Origin: Pseudomonadota bacterium
Lineage (GTDB): Bacteria > Pseudomonadota > Gammaproteobacteria > Xanthomonadales > SZUA-38
DNA length: 64,000 nucleotides
Direction of reading: 5' to 3'
Assembly (NCBI GenBank): GCA_039195135.1
Contig: JBCCVP010000001.1
Location: 33,839 to 97,838, forward strand
The first letter of the stretch is position 1; every line of letters begins with the position of its first letter. The translations under genes and the position numbers were made by a program. Below, piece after piece: positions 55,179 through 64,000 of the stretch. Below the pieces are notes generated by a model, which was given only the letters and a program-made list of their open reading frames with translations, did not search any database and was not told the DNA's origin.

Positions 55179-56264
55179 TCAGGCGGACTTCACCGCGGTG
55201 GTGCCGGACAGAAACGTCGGCGTGGGAAACTGGTTGATGTCGCTGAAGCCAGCGGTACCGAGCATGCCCGGCAGGTTGCTGGCGACAAACGCCGGCGCGT
55301 AGGGTTCGCAGTTGAAGCGCGCGTCAAACTCCTGCCACAGGCGATTGGGGGCCGGCAGCTGCGTGTTGTTCGGCGCGTCCACCACGGTGAAGGTGCCACC
55401 AGGCCGCAGCACGCGATGGATCTCGTTGATGATAGGCTGAAACAGCCGCTCCGGGACCTCGTGGAACAGAATGTAGGCAAGCACGCAGTCAAATTCGCCG
55501 TCGGCAAACGGCAGCGCCTCCGCCAGCCCCAGCTTAAAGTGCACGTCCACATCCAGCTCCACCGCCCGCTTGTGACCGTAGCGCAGCAGCGGCAGCCCGA
55601 CGTCGAGGCCCCAGATCTCTGCGTCCGGATGAGCCTGTTTCAGCAAGGTGGTGCACTGGCCGATGGAACAGCCCACGTCCAGCACCTTGGCGATTTTGCC
55701 GTCAGCGGGAGCCGCCAGCGTGTCCACCACCTGCTGGTGCAGTTCGTCCTGGTCATTGTCCCCCTGGTAAAACACCCGGGTACCGTGATGAAACACGTAG
55801 CCTGCCAGCGAATCGCCGACGTAGCCGCCGGGCTGCAGGTGGATCGGATAGGTGGCGTATTCCGGCACCTCAAAATCAGCGTCGTAGTGCAGCCGGTCCG
55901 GCCGCTGCGTCTCCGCATGCTCAAGCTCCGCCTCAAACTGAGCTCGATGAGCGCCATGGGTAGCCTGAATCTTTTCCCAGGTGAGCGCCTGCTGCGAACG
56001 CATCACTCGTTTCCACGTGCCGCTGAGCGGAAGCTCCGCCGCCGCGTCCAGTACCTCGTCCATCGGCGCTTCCTGCCCGGCATTGTCGTAGCCGCGGCGG
56101 GCGGTTGCCTGCACCAGCTGACCCGCCAGCCGCGGAAACATTCGCCGGATGGCCAGATTGCGCACCTCCTGCAGGTATTCCAGGTAGCTTTCATCCTCCA
56201 GCGTCGCGGTGCGGGGCGTGACCCCCGTAAGGCCACGATGGGGCAAGGTTGTGGGTGCGGACAT
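55179..56264 (-). CDS. Class I SAM-dependent methyltransferase with a ~170-aa uncharacterised N-terminal extension
   Basis: Motif I is KVLDVGCSIGQCTTLL. The post-I/II region is AEIWGLDVG...FDCVLAYILFHEVP...LRPGGTFTVVD. Confidence 0.75.
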   Translation of the reverse strand: MSAPTTLPHRGLTGVTPRTATLEDESYLEYLQEVRNLAIRRMFPRLAGQLVQATARRGYDNAGQEAPMDEVLDAAAELPLSGTWKRVMRSQQALTWEKIQATHGAHRAQFEAELEHAETQRPDRLHYDADFEVPEYATYPIHLQPGGYVGDSLAGYVFHHGTRVFYQGDNDQDELHQQVVDTLAAPADGKIAKVLDVGCSIGQCTTLLKQAHPDAEIWGLDVGLPLLRYGHKRAVELDVDVHFKLGLAEALPFADGEFDCVLAYILFHEVPERLFQPIINEIHRVLRPGGTFTVVDAPNNTQLPAPNRLWQEFDARFNCEPYAPAFVASNLPGMLGTAGFSDINQFPTPTFLSGTTAVKSA

Positions 56265-56460
56265 GGCATCCTCCTAACGTAAGCCGTCTAGCCTACGGCG
56301 GTGCTGGGAAACGGTCCAATAGCCTGTCTGTATAGCGGTATCAGCGGCAGGTTTCACCCCGAGCTGGGGCGCGTTGCGCAGCACTCCCAGCGTACCTGGA
56401 CCGGCCATCAGCATGTCCCGGCAATTCATGCTATCTATAGAGAAACAAAAAGGGACCCCA

Positions 56461-57564
56461 ATGAAAATAGCCGCCCTGCGCGTTTACCAGGTGGACCTGC
56501 CGCTGGTTGAAGGCCGCTATTCCTGGTCCGAGGGCAAGTACGTCGAGGTGTTCGACAGCACCATCGTCGAACTTGTCACCGACGACGGCTTAACCGGGCA
56601 CGGCGAAGTCTGTCCGCTGGGGCCGTTTTATCTGCCGGCGTTCGGAGAGGGGGCGAGAGCCGGCATCAAAGAGCTCTCAAAATCCATTGTCGGCGAAGAC
56701 CCGACCGCCCTGGGCCCGATGAACCAGCTCATGGACCGCGCGCTGCTGGGCCACCCCTACGTGAAGTCTGCGATCGATATGGCCTGCTGGGACCTGCTCG
56801 GTAAAGTCTGCAACAAACCCGTGTGCGACCTGCTGGGCGGCCGGTTCGGCGAGCGCATCGACCTGTACCGCGCCATCAGCCAGCGCCCCGCTGATGAAAT
56901 GGCGGAGAACGTTGCCGGCCACCGCGCCGACGGCTACACCAAGTTTCAGCTGAAGGTGGGCGGCAATCCGGCCGACGACATCGCCCGCATCCATGCCGCT
57001 GCCGATATCCTCACCGAAGGCGAAGTGCTTGTCGCCGACGCCAACACCGGTTGGCGCGTCGACGACGCCATCCGCGTTGCCAATGCCGTCAAAGACCGCG
57101 ACGTGTACATCGAGCAGCCCTGCCGCTCCTACGAACACTGCGTAACCGTGAGAAAAAAAACCTCCCTGCCGTTCATCCTTGATGAGAACATCACGGACAT
57201 TCATGCACTGATGCGAGGCCATCACGATGGCGCCATGGACGTCATCAATCTGAAGATTTCCAAGGTGGGTGGCCTGACCAAGGCACGGCAGATACGTGAC
57301 CTCTGCATCACGCTGAACCTGCCCATGACGATCGAAGACAGCTGGGGCGGCGACGTCATCACGGCAGCCATTGCCCACCTTGCTCATTCAACGCCCGAGC
57401 ACCTGCGGTTCTCGGCCACCGACTTCAACAGCTACGTCACCGTGCAAAACGCCAGCGGCGCACCTCAGCGCGTCAACGGAAAGATGCAGGCTTCCGCCGA
57501 GCCCGGTCTTGGCATCGAACCGAACGCAGATGTGCTCGGCAATCCCGTCGCGGAGTACAGCTAG
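56461..57564 (+). CDS. Enolase-superfamily enzyme, muconate-lactonizing-enzyme subgroup (amino-acid/betaine racemase, epimerase or dehydratase-like)
   Basis: I chose the ATG at 56461 (MKIAALRVYQVDLPL...). The motifs are KxK (KFQLKVG), metal ligands VADANTGW, YIEQP and ILDEN, and a second Lys in NLKISKVGG. Confidence 0.8.
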   Translation: MKIAALRVYQVDLPLVEGRYSWSEGKYVEVFDSTIVELVTDDGLTGHGEVCPLGPFYLPAFGEGARAGIKELSKSIVGEDPTALGPMNQLMDRALLGHPYVKSAIDMACWDLLGKVCNKPVCDLLGGRFGERIDLYRAISQRPADEMAENVAGHRADGYTKFQLKVGGNPADDIARIHAAADILTEGEVLVADANTGWRVDDAIRVANAVKDRDVYIEQPCRSYEHCVTVRKKTSLPFILDENITDIHALMRGHHDGAMDVINLKISKVGGLTKARQIRDLCITLNLPMTIEDSWGGDVITAAIAHLAHSTPEHLRFSATDFNSYVTVQNASGAPQRVNGKMQASAEPGLGIEPNADVLGNPVAEYS

Positions 57565-57702
57565 CAGCCAGGGATTAGCGGCCGCCACGGCCGGATACCG
57601 TTCGTGAAATAATCGCACCGCTGGTTAAACGACCCCGCTTACCGGCCGGGAGGGTCCGGTACCTTCAGGTTTTTGAGTATTTGGCACCCACGAGGTTTTG
57701 CG

Positions 57703-60096
57703 ATGCTCCGAGCCAGACGGCCTTCACTCTTCCCATTGCCAAACATCCTGCTGCTGCTTGCGTCAGCCACAGCTGTCGCCGACACCGGCTCGATATCTGT
57801 TGAGGTGATCGACGCTGTCACGCGTCGGCCCGTCGATTCCGTCACCGTATCCGCCGAATCGCGAGATGGGTCCGTTCATTCGGAGACAACAGAAAACGGC
57901 ACCGCGATCATCGACGAATTGCCGATCGGATTCTTCGCGCTGCGTGCCGAAGCTTCGGGCTACCTGACAGCCGTTGAACGGACGGTACGGGTGTTGGAAC
58001 GACGCACCGGCCGAATCCGCTTCGAGCTTCAGCCGGTTACCGAAACCGTGGAGGAAATTGTCGTTATCGACCGTGCCCGCAAAGCCGACCCGTTCGGCGC
58101 GGCGAGCAGCTTTCGCAACCGCGAGGAGCTGCGCAGCGCAGCCGGCAGCGGCAGCGACGTCATGCGTGCCCTTAGCGGTCTACCGGGCCTGGCGTCGAGG
58201 GGCGCGTTTGCGAGCTTTTCCGTGCGCGGCCACGGCCCCAAAAACAACCTGATCTTTGTCGACGGCTTTCCCTTCCAGCAGGTTGTCCATTTCGAGCAGA
58301 CCCTCGGCGAGGAGGAGGACATCGTTAATGGCGGCCGCTACTCGATTTTCGCCCCGAATGCCGTGGCCGGCGCGGAATTTTCGCCGGGCGGCTGGAGCGC
58401 CGAGTTCGGCGGTCGGAAGGCATCGCTGCTGCAGCTGGATCTCATCGACGGCGCACCCAGCCCGGTCGCCAGCGTGCGCGTTGACCTCGCCGGGCTCGAG
58501 TTCCTATATGAGGGTCCGAGTGGTTTTCATGACAACACCACCATGTTCGTGCAGGCCCGCCAATTCGACTTTGGGCGGCTGTTCGAGACCATTGGCGAGA
58601 ACGATTTCGGCTCGCCGGTCATGACCGATGGGATCGTAAAGACGAGCACCCAGTTCGATGCGAACAACGAATTTGAGTTTCTTGCCATCTACGCGCCCGA
58701 GGAATACACGCGAGATATCGAGAACGTACTTGCCGGCGAGGAAGAAGAAGAAGGCATTGAGGACGTGGCCCTCCTGAACGTCGATCAGGACCTCACCCTG
58801 TTTGGCGGCACGTGGCATCGATTGTTTGGCAACGACGGTCGGTGGACAAACCGTCTGTATGTTCGCGAGAGTGACAAGGTTTCGTCGGAGGGCGAGTCTT
58901 TTCCGGACCTGGTGCCGCCGGGCACAGCGGCCGATCAGGTCCCGGTTCGTGAAAATCTCCTGACGATACAAGAGATCGAATCGGAAATCGGCTGGCGCAG
59001 CGACGTGTCGATGGGCAACCGGTTCGGCCTGTTTACCGCCGGCCTGCTGCTGACAAGCACCGATATCGACTACTCAACCGTGCTGCGCGAAGACTGGATT
59101 CGGTATGTGTTCGAATCCGACGATCCGCGCCCGCCCGGGGCAAACTTCATCGTGTTGCAGCCGGATGACATCAACTCGGCCTACAGTGCCAGTGAAACCA
59201 ACTACGCGCTGTACACAGAACAGGTATTCGACTTCGGCGCCGCCAGCCTGCGCACCGGGCTTCGCTACGATCGAAACGGGTTCAGCGACGAAAATCTGGT
59301 CTCACCGCGTGTCGCCCTTAACTACTCGGTATCTCCACGCCTGAGCCTGTCGGCATCCACCGGCATTTTCTACGAGGCCCCGAGCAACCTGGTCCGGGCA
59401 GCGGACCCGGAGAATTTCAACCTTGAGAGTGAGGAGCTCGTTCACTTTGGACTTGGGCTTAACTTTCAGTGGAATGACAACCTGAGCCTGCTGGTGGAAG
59501 GCTACTATCAGCAGCTCGACAACCTGCTGGTACCCGACAGCCGCACCAACGCCCGGATCTCAAATGCCGGAGAAGGCACCAATACCGGCGTTGATGTTGT
59601 GCTGACGCGTCGCTTCGATCGAGGCTGGTCGGCCGACTTTGCCTATTCGTGGAACAATTTCAGCGTTGATGACAACGACGGTCTCGGCGAATACGACGCC
59701 GACTTCAGCCGCGAACATTTCGTATCCATTGGCGGTCGCTGGGAGATCACCAACCGCTGGCAACTGGCGGGGCGCTGGCGCTACGGCACCGGTCAACCGA
59801 CCGATCGTTACATTACTTACGAAGACGTACTGGCCCCCAACCTGCCCGTTCGCTTCTCCCGGGAGATCACCGAAACCAATGTCGACCGCGGAGACGCATT
59901 CCACTCCCTGGACGTGCGCGTCGATTACCGACGCCCCATGGGCCCGGTTGATTTTGTGCTGTTCCTCGATGTTTTGAATATCTACGGCGGGCCCTCGGGA
60001 GAGCCGCCGGAGCTCAATATTCTGCGGGGCAACGAGATCAGCGACGATGAAGACGCGCTGCCGCTTCTCGGCCTGATTTTCGAGTACGCTTGGTAA
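57703..60096 (+). CDS. TonB-dependent receptor with an N-terminal carboxypeptidase-regulatory-like (CarboxypepD_reg) domain
   Basis: ATG at 57703 (MLRARRPSLFPLPNILLLLASATAVA); a TTG at 57673 is the alternative. The Ig-like segment is GSISVEVIDAVTRRPVDSVTVSAESRDGSVHSETTENGTAIIDELPIGFFALRAEASGY. Plug and barrel follow, and the protein ends ...GLIFEYAW. Confidence 0.8.
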   Translation: MLRARRPSLFPLPNILLLLASATAVADTGSISVEVIDAVTRRPVDSVTVSAESRDGSVHSETTENGTAIIDELPIGFFALRAEASGYLTAVERTVRVLERRTGRIRFELQPVTETVEEIVVIDRARKADPFGAASSFRNREELRSAAGSGSDVMRALSGLPGLASRGAFASFSVRGHGPKNNLIFVDGFPFQQVVHFEQTLGEEEDIVNGGRYSIFAPNAVAGAEFSPGGWSAEFGGRKASLLQLDLIDGAPSPVASVRVDLAGLEFLYEGPSGFHDNTTMFVQARQFDFGRLFETIGENDFGSPVMTDGIVKTSTQFDANNEFEFLAIYAPEEYTRDIENVLAGEEEEEGIEDVALLNVDQDLTLFGGTWHRLFGNDGRWTNRLYVRESDKVSSEGESFPDLVPPGTAADQVPVRENLLTIQEIESEIGWRSDVSMGNRFGLFTAGLLLTSTDIDYSTVLREDWIRYVFESDDPRPPGANFIVLQPDDINSAYSASETNYALYTEQVFDFGAASLRTGLRYDRNGFSDENLVSPRVALNYSVSPRLSLSASTGIFYEAPSNLVRAADPENFNLESEELVHFGLGLNFQWNDNLSLLVEGYYQQLDNLLVPDSRTNARISNAGEGTNTGVDVVLTRRFDRGWSADFAYSWNNFSVDDNDGLGEYDADFSREHFVSIGGRWEITNRWQLAGRWRYGTGQPTDRYITYEDVLAPNLPVRFSREITETNVDRGDAFHSLDVRVDYRRPMGPVDFVLFLDVLNIYGGPSGEPPELNILRGNEISDDEDALPLLGLIFEYAW

Positions 60097-60124
60097 CTGA
60101 AACCGGCCTAGGCAGGGAACCCCA

Positions 60125-61066
60125 GTGAATCAACCGGTGGACGTTAGCAACGGTACGGTGTTTGGTCTCTGGCCCTTGGGCCGGTCGATTGTCATCGTGG
60201 GAGCAACGCTGGTCGCCATCTTCGTGCTTATGGAGCCGGAGGCAAGCCAGGGCCTTGGGTTTTTTGACCGGATCCTGTTCTGGACCACCAATGTGGGCCT
60301 CGCGCTTGCCGCGCTGTATGCCGCGAGCTGGTTCCTGCTCCCCAGGATCATTCATTATTTGCCGCCCTGGCTCGCCCTGGCGATCGCAGGGGTTGCCGGT
60401 GCAGCGCTAATGGCTCCCTTCGGTTACCTGATCGAGCGCATTCAGCCGGAGTGGTGGGTGTCTAACGACGAGGACTGGCTGGACGTCTTCGAAAGTCAGG
60501 GTATCTGGCAGGGTCTCCTCGCCGAGTTTCTGGAGGACGGACCTCAGGTGCTGCTGGTATGGATGGCGATCAACCTGCCGTTTTTTTCAGCCAAACCGAT
60601 CCATAACGGACCGCCGGGGCCCGACGGCGACGGCAGTGGTCGCGAGGAGGTGGATGTAGAAAGAGACGAGTCAGGACGCTACGCGGAGGAAGTCCGCAAC
60701 AAATTCCTGAGCGACATCCCCGAGTCTCTCGGCACCAACGTTCTGGCCATTTCATCGGATCTGCACTATCTGCATATCCACACGGACCTGGGCAAATGTA
60801 TGGTCCTGGGGTCACTGCAGCGGGCTGCCGATGCGCTGGGCGACGACGGCATGCGCGTACATCGGGCCCACTGGGTTTCGCGCCACGCCATCATGAAGAT
60901 CGTCAAGGACGGGCAACAGTGGTATTGCCTGCTGACCAACGATCTCAAGATCCCGATCAGTCGACGCAAGAAGTCGACCGTGGCGGGTTGGTTTGGGCAC
61001 TCGACAAAAATTGTGCCCATCGCGAGCGCCAAGCGGAGCGCGGTCGGCTCCAGTGAGCGCAACTAG
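60125..61066 (+). CDS. Membrane-anchored LytTR-domain DNA-binding protein (one-component regulator)
   Basis: GTG start 28 nt after the receptor stop. There are about four N-terminal hydrophobic helices (for example IVIVGATLVAIFVLM, VGLALAALYAASWFLL, LALAIAGVAGAALMAPF, VLLVWMAINLPFF) and an acidic linker. The LytTR block is ISSDLHYLHIHTDLGKCMVLGSLQRAADAL...MRVHRAHWVSRHAI...LLTNDLKIPISRRK. Confidence 0.7.
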   Translation: MNQPVDVSNGTVFGLWPLGRSIVIVGATLVAIFVLMEPEASQGLGFFDRILFWTTNVGLALAALYAASWFLLPRIIHYLPPWLALAIAGVAGAALMAPFGYLIERIQPEWWVSNDEDWLDVFESQGIWQGLLAEFLEDGPQVLLVWMAINLPFFSAKPIHNGPPGPDGDGSGREEVDVERDESGRYAEEVRNKFLSDIPESLGTNVLAISSDLHYLHIHTDLGKCMVLGSLQRAADALGDDGMRVHRAHWVSRHAIMKIVKDGQQWYCLLTNDLKIPISRRKKSTVAGWFGHSTKIVPIASAKRSAVGSSERN

Positions 61067-61383
61067 GACTCGCCCGGGCACCGATATTCGAACCAAGTTC
61101 TCCAACGGAAAACCTCCCAAGGCATGTTCCGGCGTTGCAGATTTTTGCCTTGGGGCGCGTACGCATCCGTCTTAGGGCTCTCCGCAAAAAACACCCCATC
61201 AGCAGGATCTGCAACCTCGTTTTCGACGACTCAATAAGTGCGCAGAAATTGTCACCCCCATGTTATCCCCAGAATCTGGGCCGGGCACAAACCCCTGTTT
61301 TGTATAAGTTAATTTGACCACCAGCAACAAATCCGCAAACCGCCAGGTGGCGATTATGCTCATTTCTGTCGCGCCAAATCGCA

Positions 61384-61415
61384 TCGCAAGGCGGACTGCC
61401 ATTGCGACACTTTTT
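61384..61415 (+). terminator. Terminator-like hairpin plus T5 inside the leader of the downstream TonB receptor gene (candidate attenuator or expression platform)
   Basis: TCGCAAGGC (61384-92), loop GGACT, GCC-A-TTGCGA (61398-61407), then CAC and TTTTT (61411-15). It lies about 120 nt upstream of the ATG at 61535. Confidence 0.4.
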
Positions 61416-61534
61416 GCTCCTAATCCATGATTTTTTGGTCGTCTGCGATACGCATTCACCGCTCACTGAGCCTTTGACCAGCCGTGGTGCGGCGGACGCT
61501 GACTTTGAGCAACTGCTGAGCGATGGAGGCACCC

Positions 61535-64000
61535 ATGAAGCGAGTTTTGACAAGAGCGCCACTGGCGTTCGCCGTCGGTCTGAGTTTGAGTTTACCCGCC
61601 CTGGGCCAGGACAATCAGGACAGTACCACCAACAATGACACCGCCGAGCTGGGAGCGGTCACGGTAACAGGCTCGCGTATTGCGCGCACCGATATCGAAG
61701 CGGCGCAGCCCGTAATCTCCATCACCGCTGAAGATATCGAACGGGAAGGGTTTACCACGGTGTTTGAGGCGCTTTCGTCCCAAACGGTGTTTACCGGCAC
61801 CATCCAGGACGACCAGTTTGCCGGCGGATTTACCCAGGCCGCCAACACCCTGGACCTGCGATCACTGGGCCCAGGCAGGACTTTGATTCTGCTGAACGGC
61901 CGTCGGGCTACCGACTACCCCCTTGCGTTTAACGGCCAGAGCAACGTGGTCAATCTGGCCACCATTCCGGTGGCGATGGTGCAGCGAATTGAGATTCTTT
62001 CCAGCGGTGCATCGGCTATCTACGGATCGGACGCGGTTGCCGGCGTGGTCAACGTGATCCTCAAAGATCGCGTGGAAGAGATCTCAACCAACCTGCGTAT
62101 CGGTGATACGGATGACGGTGGCGGCGAGTCCATTCGGTTTGGTGCTGTGGGGGGGTTCAATCCGGGCGACCTGTCGGTGACGTGGGGCTTCGAGTATTTT
62201 GATCGCGATCCGATCTGGGGCTTTGAACGCGACTTTCAGGACTCGCGCAACGATGATCCCACCACGTCCGGATTGCCCCTGATTCAAGATGGGGTGAACG
62301 GCGTCACCAACGCCCGCATGTTTCTGTCGCTGGACCCGTTTGATCAAAACGGCGACGGCTTAACCTACATTGACCCGGGCGCGGCTGCCTGCAGCCCGCT
62401 GTCCAACCTTGAACGTGGATCGATTGAATATTCATTCCGAGGCGGAAGAGGGTTCTACTGCGGGTCCGCCGCTGACGTGGCGTCCCAAACCATTCGAAAT
62501 GACCGGGAGAGCTATTCCCTCTACACCAATCTGAATTACGAGCTGGACAATGGCATCGGCCTGTTTGGCACTCTGATTGCCACCACGTCGGAAACCAAAT
62601 TCAACGTTGGGAGTCTGTTTTGGCAGTACGATCCCAACGGCCCGTTGGGAGGCGGATTTTTCGTCAACTCGGCCGAACCGGACGTGTTTGGGATCGGCGG
62701 CCGGGTCGACCTGTGGCAGCGGATCTTCTCCCAGGAAGAGGCGGGTAGCAGCAACATCGACAACCTCGGTGGCGGCACCAACCACTTCGACGAAGACCTA
62801 TTCGACATCACCTTGGGGGCTCGCGGAACGCTGGGTGGACGTTACGACTGGGAGGTGAGCTACAGCCGCAGCGAATACGACCTGGACCGGCAACGGCGAT
62901 TGCTGTTGGCCGACGTGGGTGACGCGTTTTTCCTAGGGCAAGCCGAAGGCACCATCGATCTGTTCGGCGACGGGAATCCGTTTGAGATCTTCGACGCACC
63001 GCTGGATCGCTTGTACCGGCCGCTGACGGTGGCGGAGTTCAATTCCATTTCCGGCATCGACACCACCACCGCCGATACGGCCAACGAAACCCTTCAAGCT
63101 GTTTTCTCCGGAGACCTGGGGGAAACCTGGGCGGGGCCGATTTCCTTTGCCGCCGTGGCCGAATGGGGTTCCCAGGACTACGACATCAACATCGACCCGG
63201 GCCTGGTGAACGGTCGCTTCCTCTTTTTCACCGGCACCGGCGGTGAGGGTGATCGTGACCGACTTGCGTTGGGTGGCGAATTTCGGATCCCGCTGCACGA
63301 CACGCTGGAGGCCAGCGTCGCAGCTCGCTACGACAAATATGACGACATCACTGACGTCGACGACGCGTTCACCTACAACGTGGGGCTGGAGTATCGCCCG
63401 GTAGATAACCTGCTCGTTCGAGGTAGCTTCGCCACAAGCTTCCGGGCTCCGGACATGCACTTTGTGTTCGCGGATGCCTCAGGGTTTTTCTCGTCCCCCC
63501 AGGACGACTACCTCACTCGCAGGTGTCAGGGGGAAATACCCACGGCGGCCCCCCTCGCCGGTGAGGATCCCAGCGATCCCGACGGCCCGGCCATCGATCC
63601 CAATAATCCGGCTCCCACCAATTGCCTGGAGGTCTACACGGTCTCCGGGTCGCGCAGCGGCAACCCCAATCTGCGCGAGGAAGAAGGCGAGTCGTTTACC
63701 CTCGGCGTGGTTTGGGAACCCTGGGACGGGTTCAGCATGACGCTGGATTACTACAACATCGAACTCGATGACGTGGTCAGCGACCGCAGCACCACCAATC
63801 TCCTGGAACTGGAGGCCGACTGCCGTTTTGGCACCGGCGAAGATCCCAACTCCCAGCGCTGCCAGGATGTGTTCAGCCGCATTACCCGTTTTGCTGCGGA
63901 CAGCCCGGACCAAACCAATCGGGCCCGTGTTGATACGGTGGCTACCGGCCCAATCAACCAGTCGTTCTTGGAAACCAACGGCATCGATGCCTCTTTGGAC
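61535..64000 (+). CDS. TonB-dependent receptor, 3'-truncated by the window end
   Basis: My own translation from the ATG at 61535 (GGAGG upstream) gives MKRVLTRAPLAFAVGLSLSLPALGQDNQDSTTNNDTAELGAVTVTGSRIARTDIEAAQPVISITAEDIEREGFTTVFEALS...LDLRSLGPGRTLILLNGRR...VQRIEILSSGASAIYGSDAVAGVVNVILK. The frame stays open to base 64000, so it is absent from the ORF track. Confidence 0.85.
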   Translation, partial: MKRVLTRAPLAFAVGLSLSLPALGQDNQDSTTNNDTAELGAVTVTGSRIARTDIEAAQPVISITAEDIEREGFTTVFEALSSQTVFTGTIQDDQFAGGFTQAANTLDLRSLGPGRTLILLNGRRATDYPLAFNGQSNVVNLATIPVAMVQRIEILSSGASAIYGSDAVAGVVNVILKDRVEEISTNLRIGDTDDGGGESIRFGAVGGFNPGDLSVTWGFEYFDRDPIWGFERDFQDSRNDDPTTSGLPLIQDGVNGVTNARMFLSLDPFDQNGDGLTYIDPGAAACSPLSNLERGSIEYSFRGGRGFYCGSAADVASQTIRNDRESYSLYTNLNYELDNGIGLFGTLIATTSETKFNVGSLFWQYDPNGPLGGGFFVNSAEPDVFGIGGRVDLWQRIFSQEEAGSSNIDNLGGGTNHFDEDLFDITLGARGTLGGRYDWEVSYSRSEYDLDRQRRLLLADVGDAFFLGQAEGTIDLFGDGNPFEIFDAPLDRLYRPLTVAEFNSISGIDTTTADTANETLQAVFSGDLGETWAGPISFAAVAEWGSQDYDINIDPGLVNGRFLFFTGTGGEGDRDRLALGGEFRIPLHDTLEASVAARYDKYDDITDVDDAFTYNVGLEYRPVDNLLVRGSFATSFRAPDMHFVFADASGFFSSPQDDYLTRRCQGEIPTAAPLAGEDPSDPDGPAIDPNNPAPTNCLEVYTVSGSRSGNPNLREEEGESFTLGVVWEPWDGFSMTLDYYNIELDDVVSDRSTTNLLELEADCRFGTGEDPNSQRCQDVFSRITRFAADSPDQTNRARVDTVATGPINQSFLETNGIDASLD

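Noticed and set aside
61081-61110. A GGTTCGAA (T-loop-like) sequence on the minus strand, suggesting a tRNA or a tRNA-derived attachment site after the LytTR gene.
   Set aside because: The flanking bases (CTTGG / ATCGG) cannot form a T-stem. No acceptor stem or anticodon arm could be drawn, and no integrase or repeat partner is nearby.
61115-61155. A 9-10-bp perfect stem (CCCAAGGCA / TGCCTTGGG) after the LytTR gene, read as a Rho-independent terminator.
   Set aside because: The loop is about 21 nt long and no T-tract follows the stem. It may be structural, but it is not a convincing intrinsic terminator.
61067-61534. A cobalamin or TPP riboswitch upstream of the TonB receptor gene, as is common for btuB-like receptors.
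   Set aside because: I found no B12-box-like core and no TPP CUGAGA/ACCUGAUCUGGAUAAUGCCAGCG-type elements. The leader is kept only as an unclassified structured element.

Overview
GC-rich chromosomal segment that reads like a marine, oligotroph-type gammaproteobacterium. My guess is a Halieaceae/OM60 or Cellvibrionales-like organism, which cannot be verified here. I call 45 protein-coding genes, two of them cut by the window edges. I recognised no rRNA, tRNA, CRISPR array, IS element, integrase or obvious defence system. All calls come from reading the six-frame translations and DNA by eye; no alignment, HMM or database search was run.

The window is dominated by outer-membrane uptake and secreted proteins. 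It holds five TonB-dependent receptors, starting at 3203, 15192 (minus strand), 42215, 57703 and 61535.

Main blocks:
1. 1-5.7 kb: Tat-exported PhoX phosphatase, then a Fur-box-like promoter in front of an ECF sigma / FecR anti-sigma / STN-domain TonB transducer module.
2. 7-12.7 kb and 24.4-27.5 kb: four large secreted, adhesin-like proteins. These are a beta-propeller protein, two tandem paralogues with a relic of a third copy between them, and a beta-helix/DUF11 protein. All four carry a short LFxxGFE-type motif.
3. 12.7-31 kb: mixed metabolism. Genes include an orphan arginine deiminase, a Tat-signal MDR oxidoreductase behind a TonB receptor, a PrnB/DUF1864-like heme enzyme with an Lrp regulator, a GMC oxidoreductase, an MddA-like membrane methyltransferase, a DVR/BciA-like reductase and an adenosine deaminase.
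4. 31-52.4 kb: the most coherent system, a cello-oligosaccharide/cellobionate-type utilisation locus. It contains a TonB receptor, a GH3 beta-glucosidase lipoprotein, a GH5 endoglucanase, a LacI regulator, a Tat small subunit plus GMC dehydrogenase, a GPH/MFS symporter, a GH94 phosphorylase, gluconokinase and a CBM9-like protein. Its core is an eight-gene minus-strand operon with overlapping stop/start codons. That operon opens with four tandem tryptophan-halogenase-like flavoprotein genes whose role in sugar loci is unknown. None shows the catalytic lysine by my hand alignment, and one is degenerate.
5. 52.4-64 kb: an uncharacterised methyltransferase / FAD-linked oxidase / FAD monooxygenase operon. 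It is followed by an enolase-superfamily enzyme and a TonB receptor / membrane LytTR regulator / TonB receptor arrangement with a structured leader.
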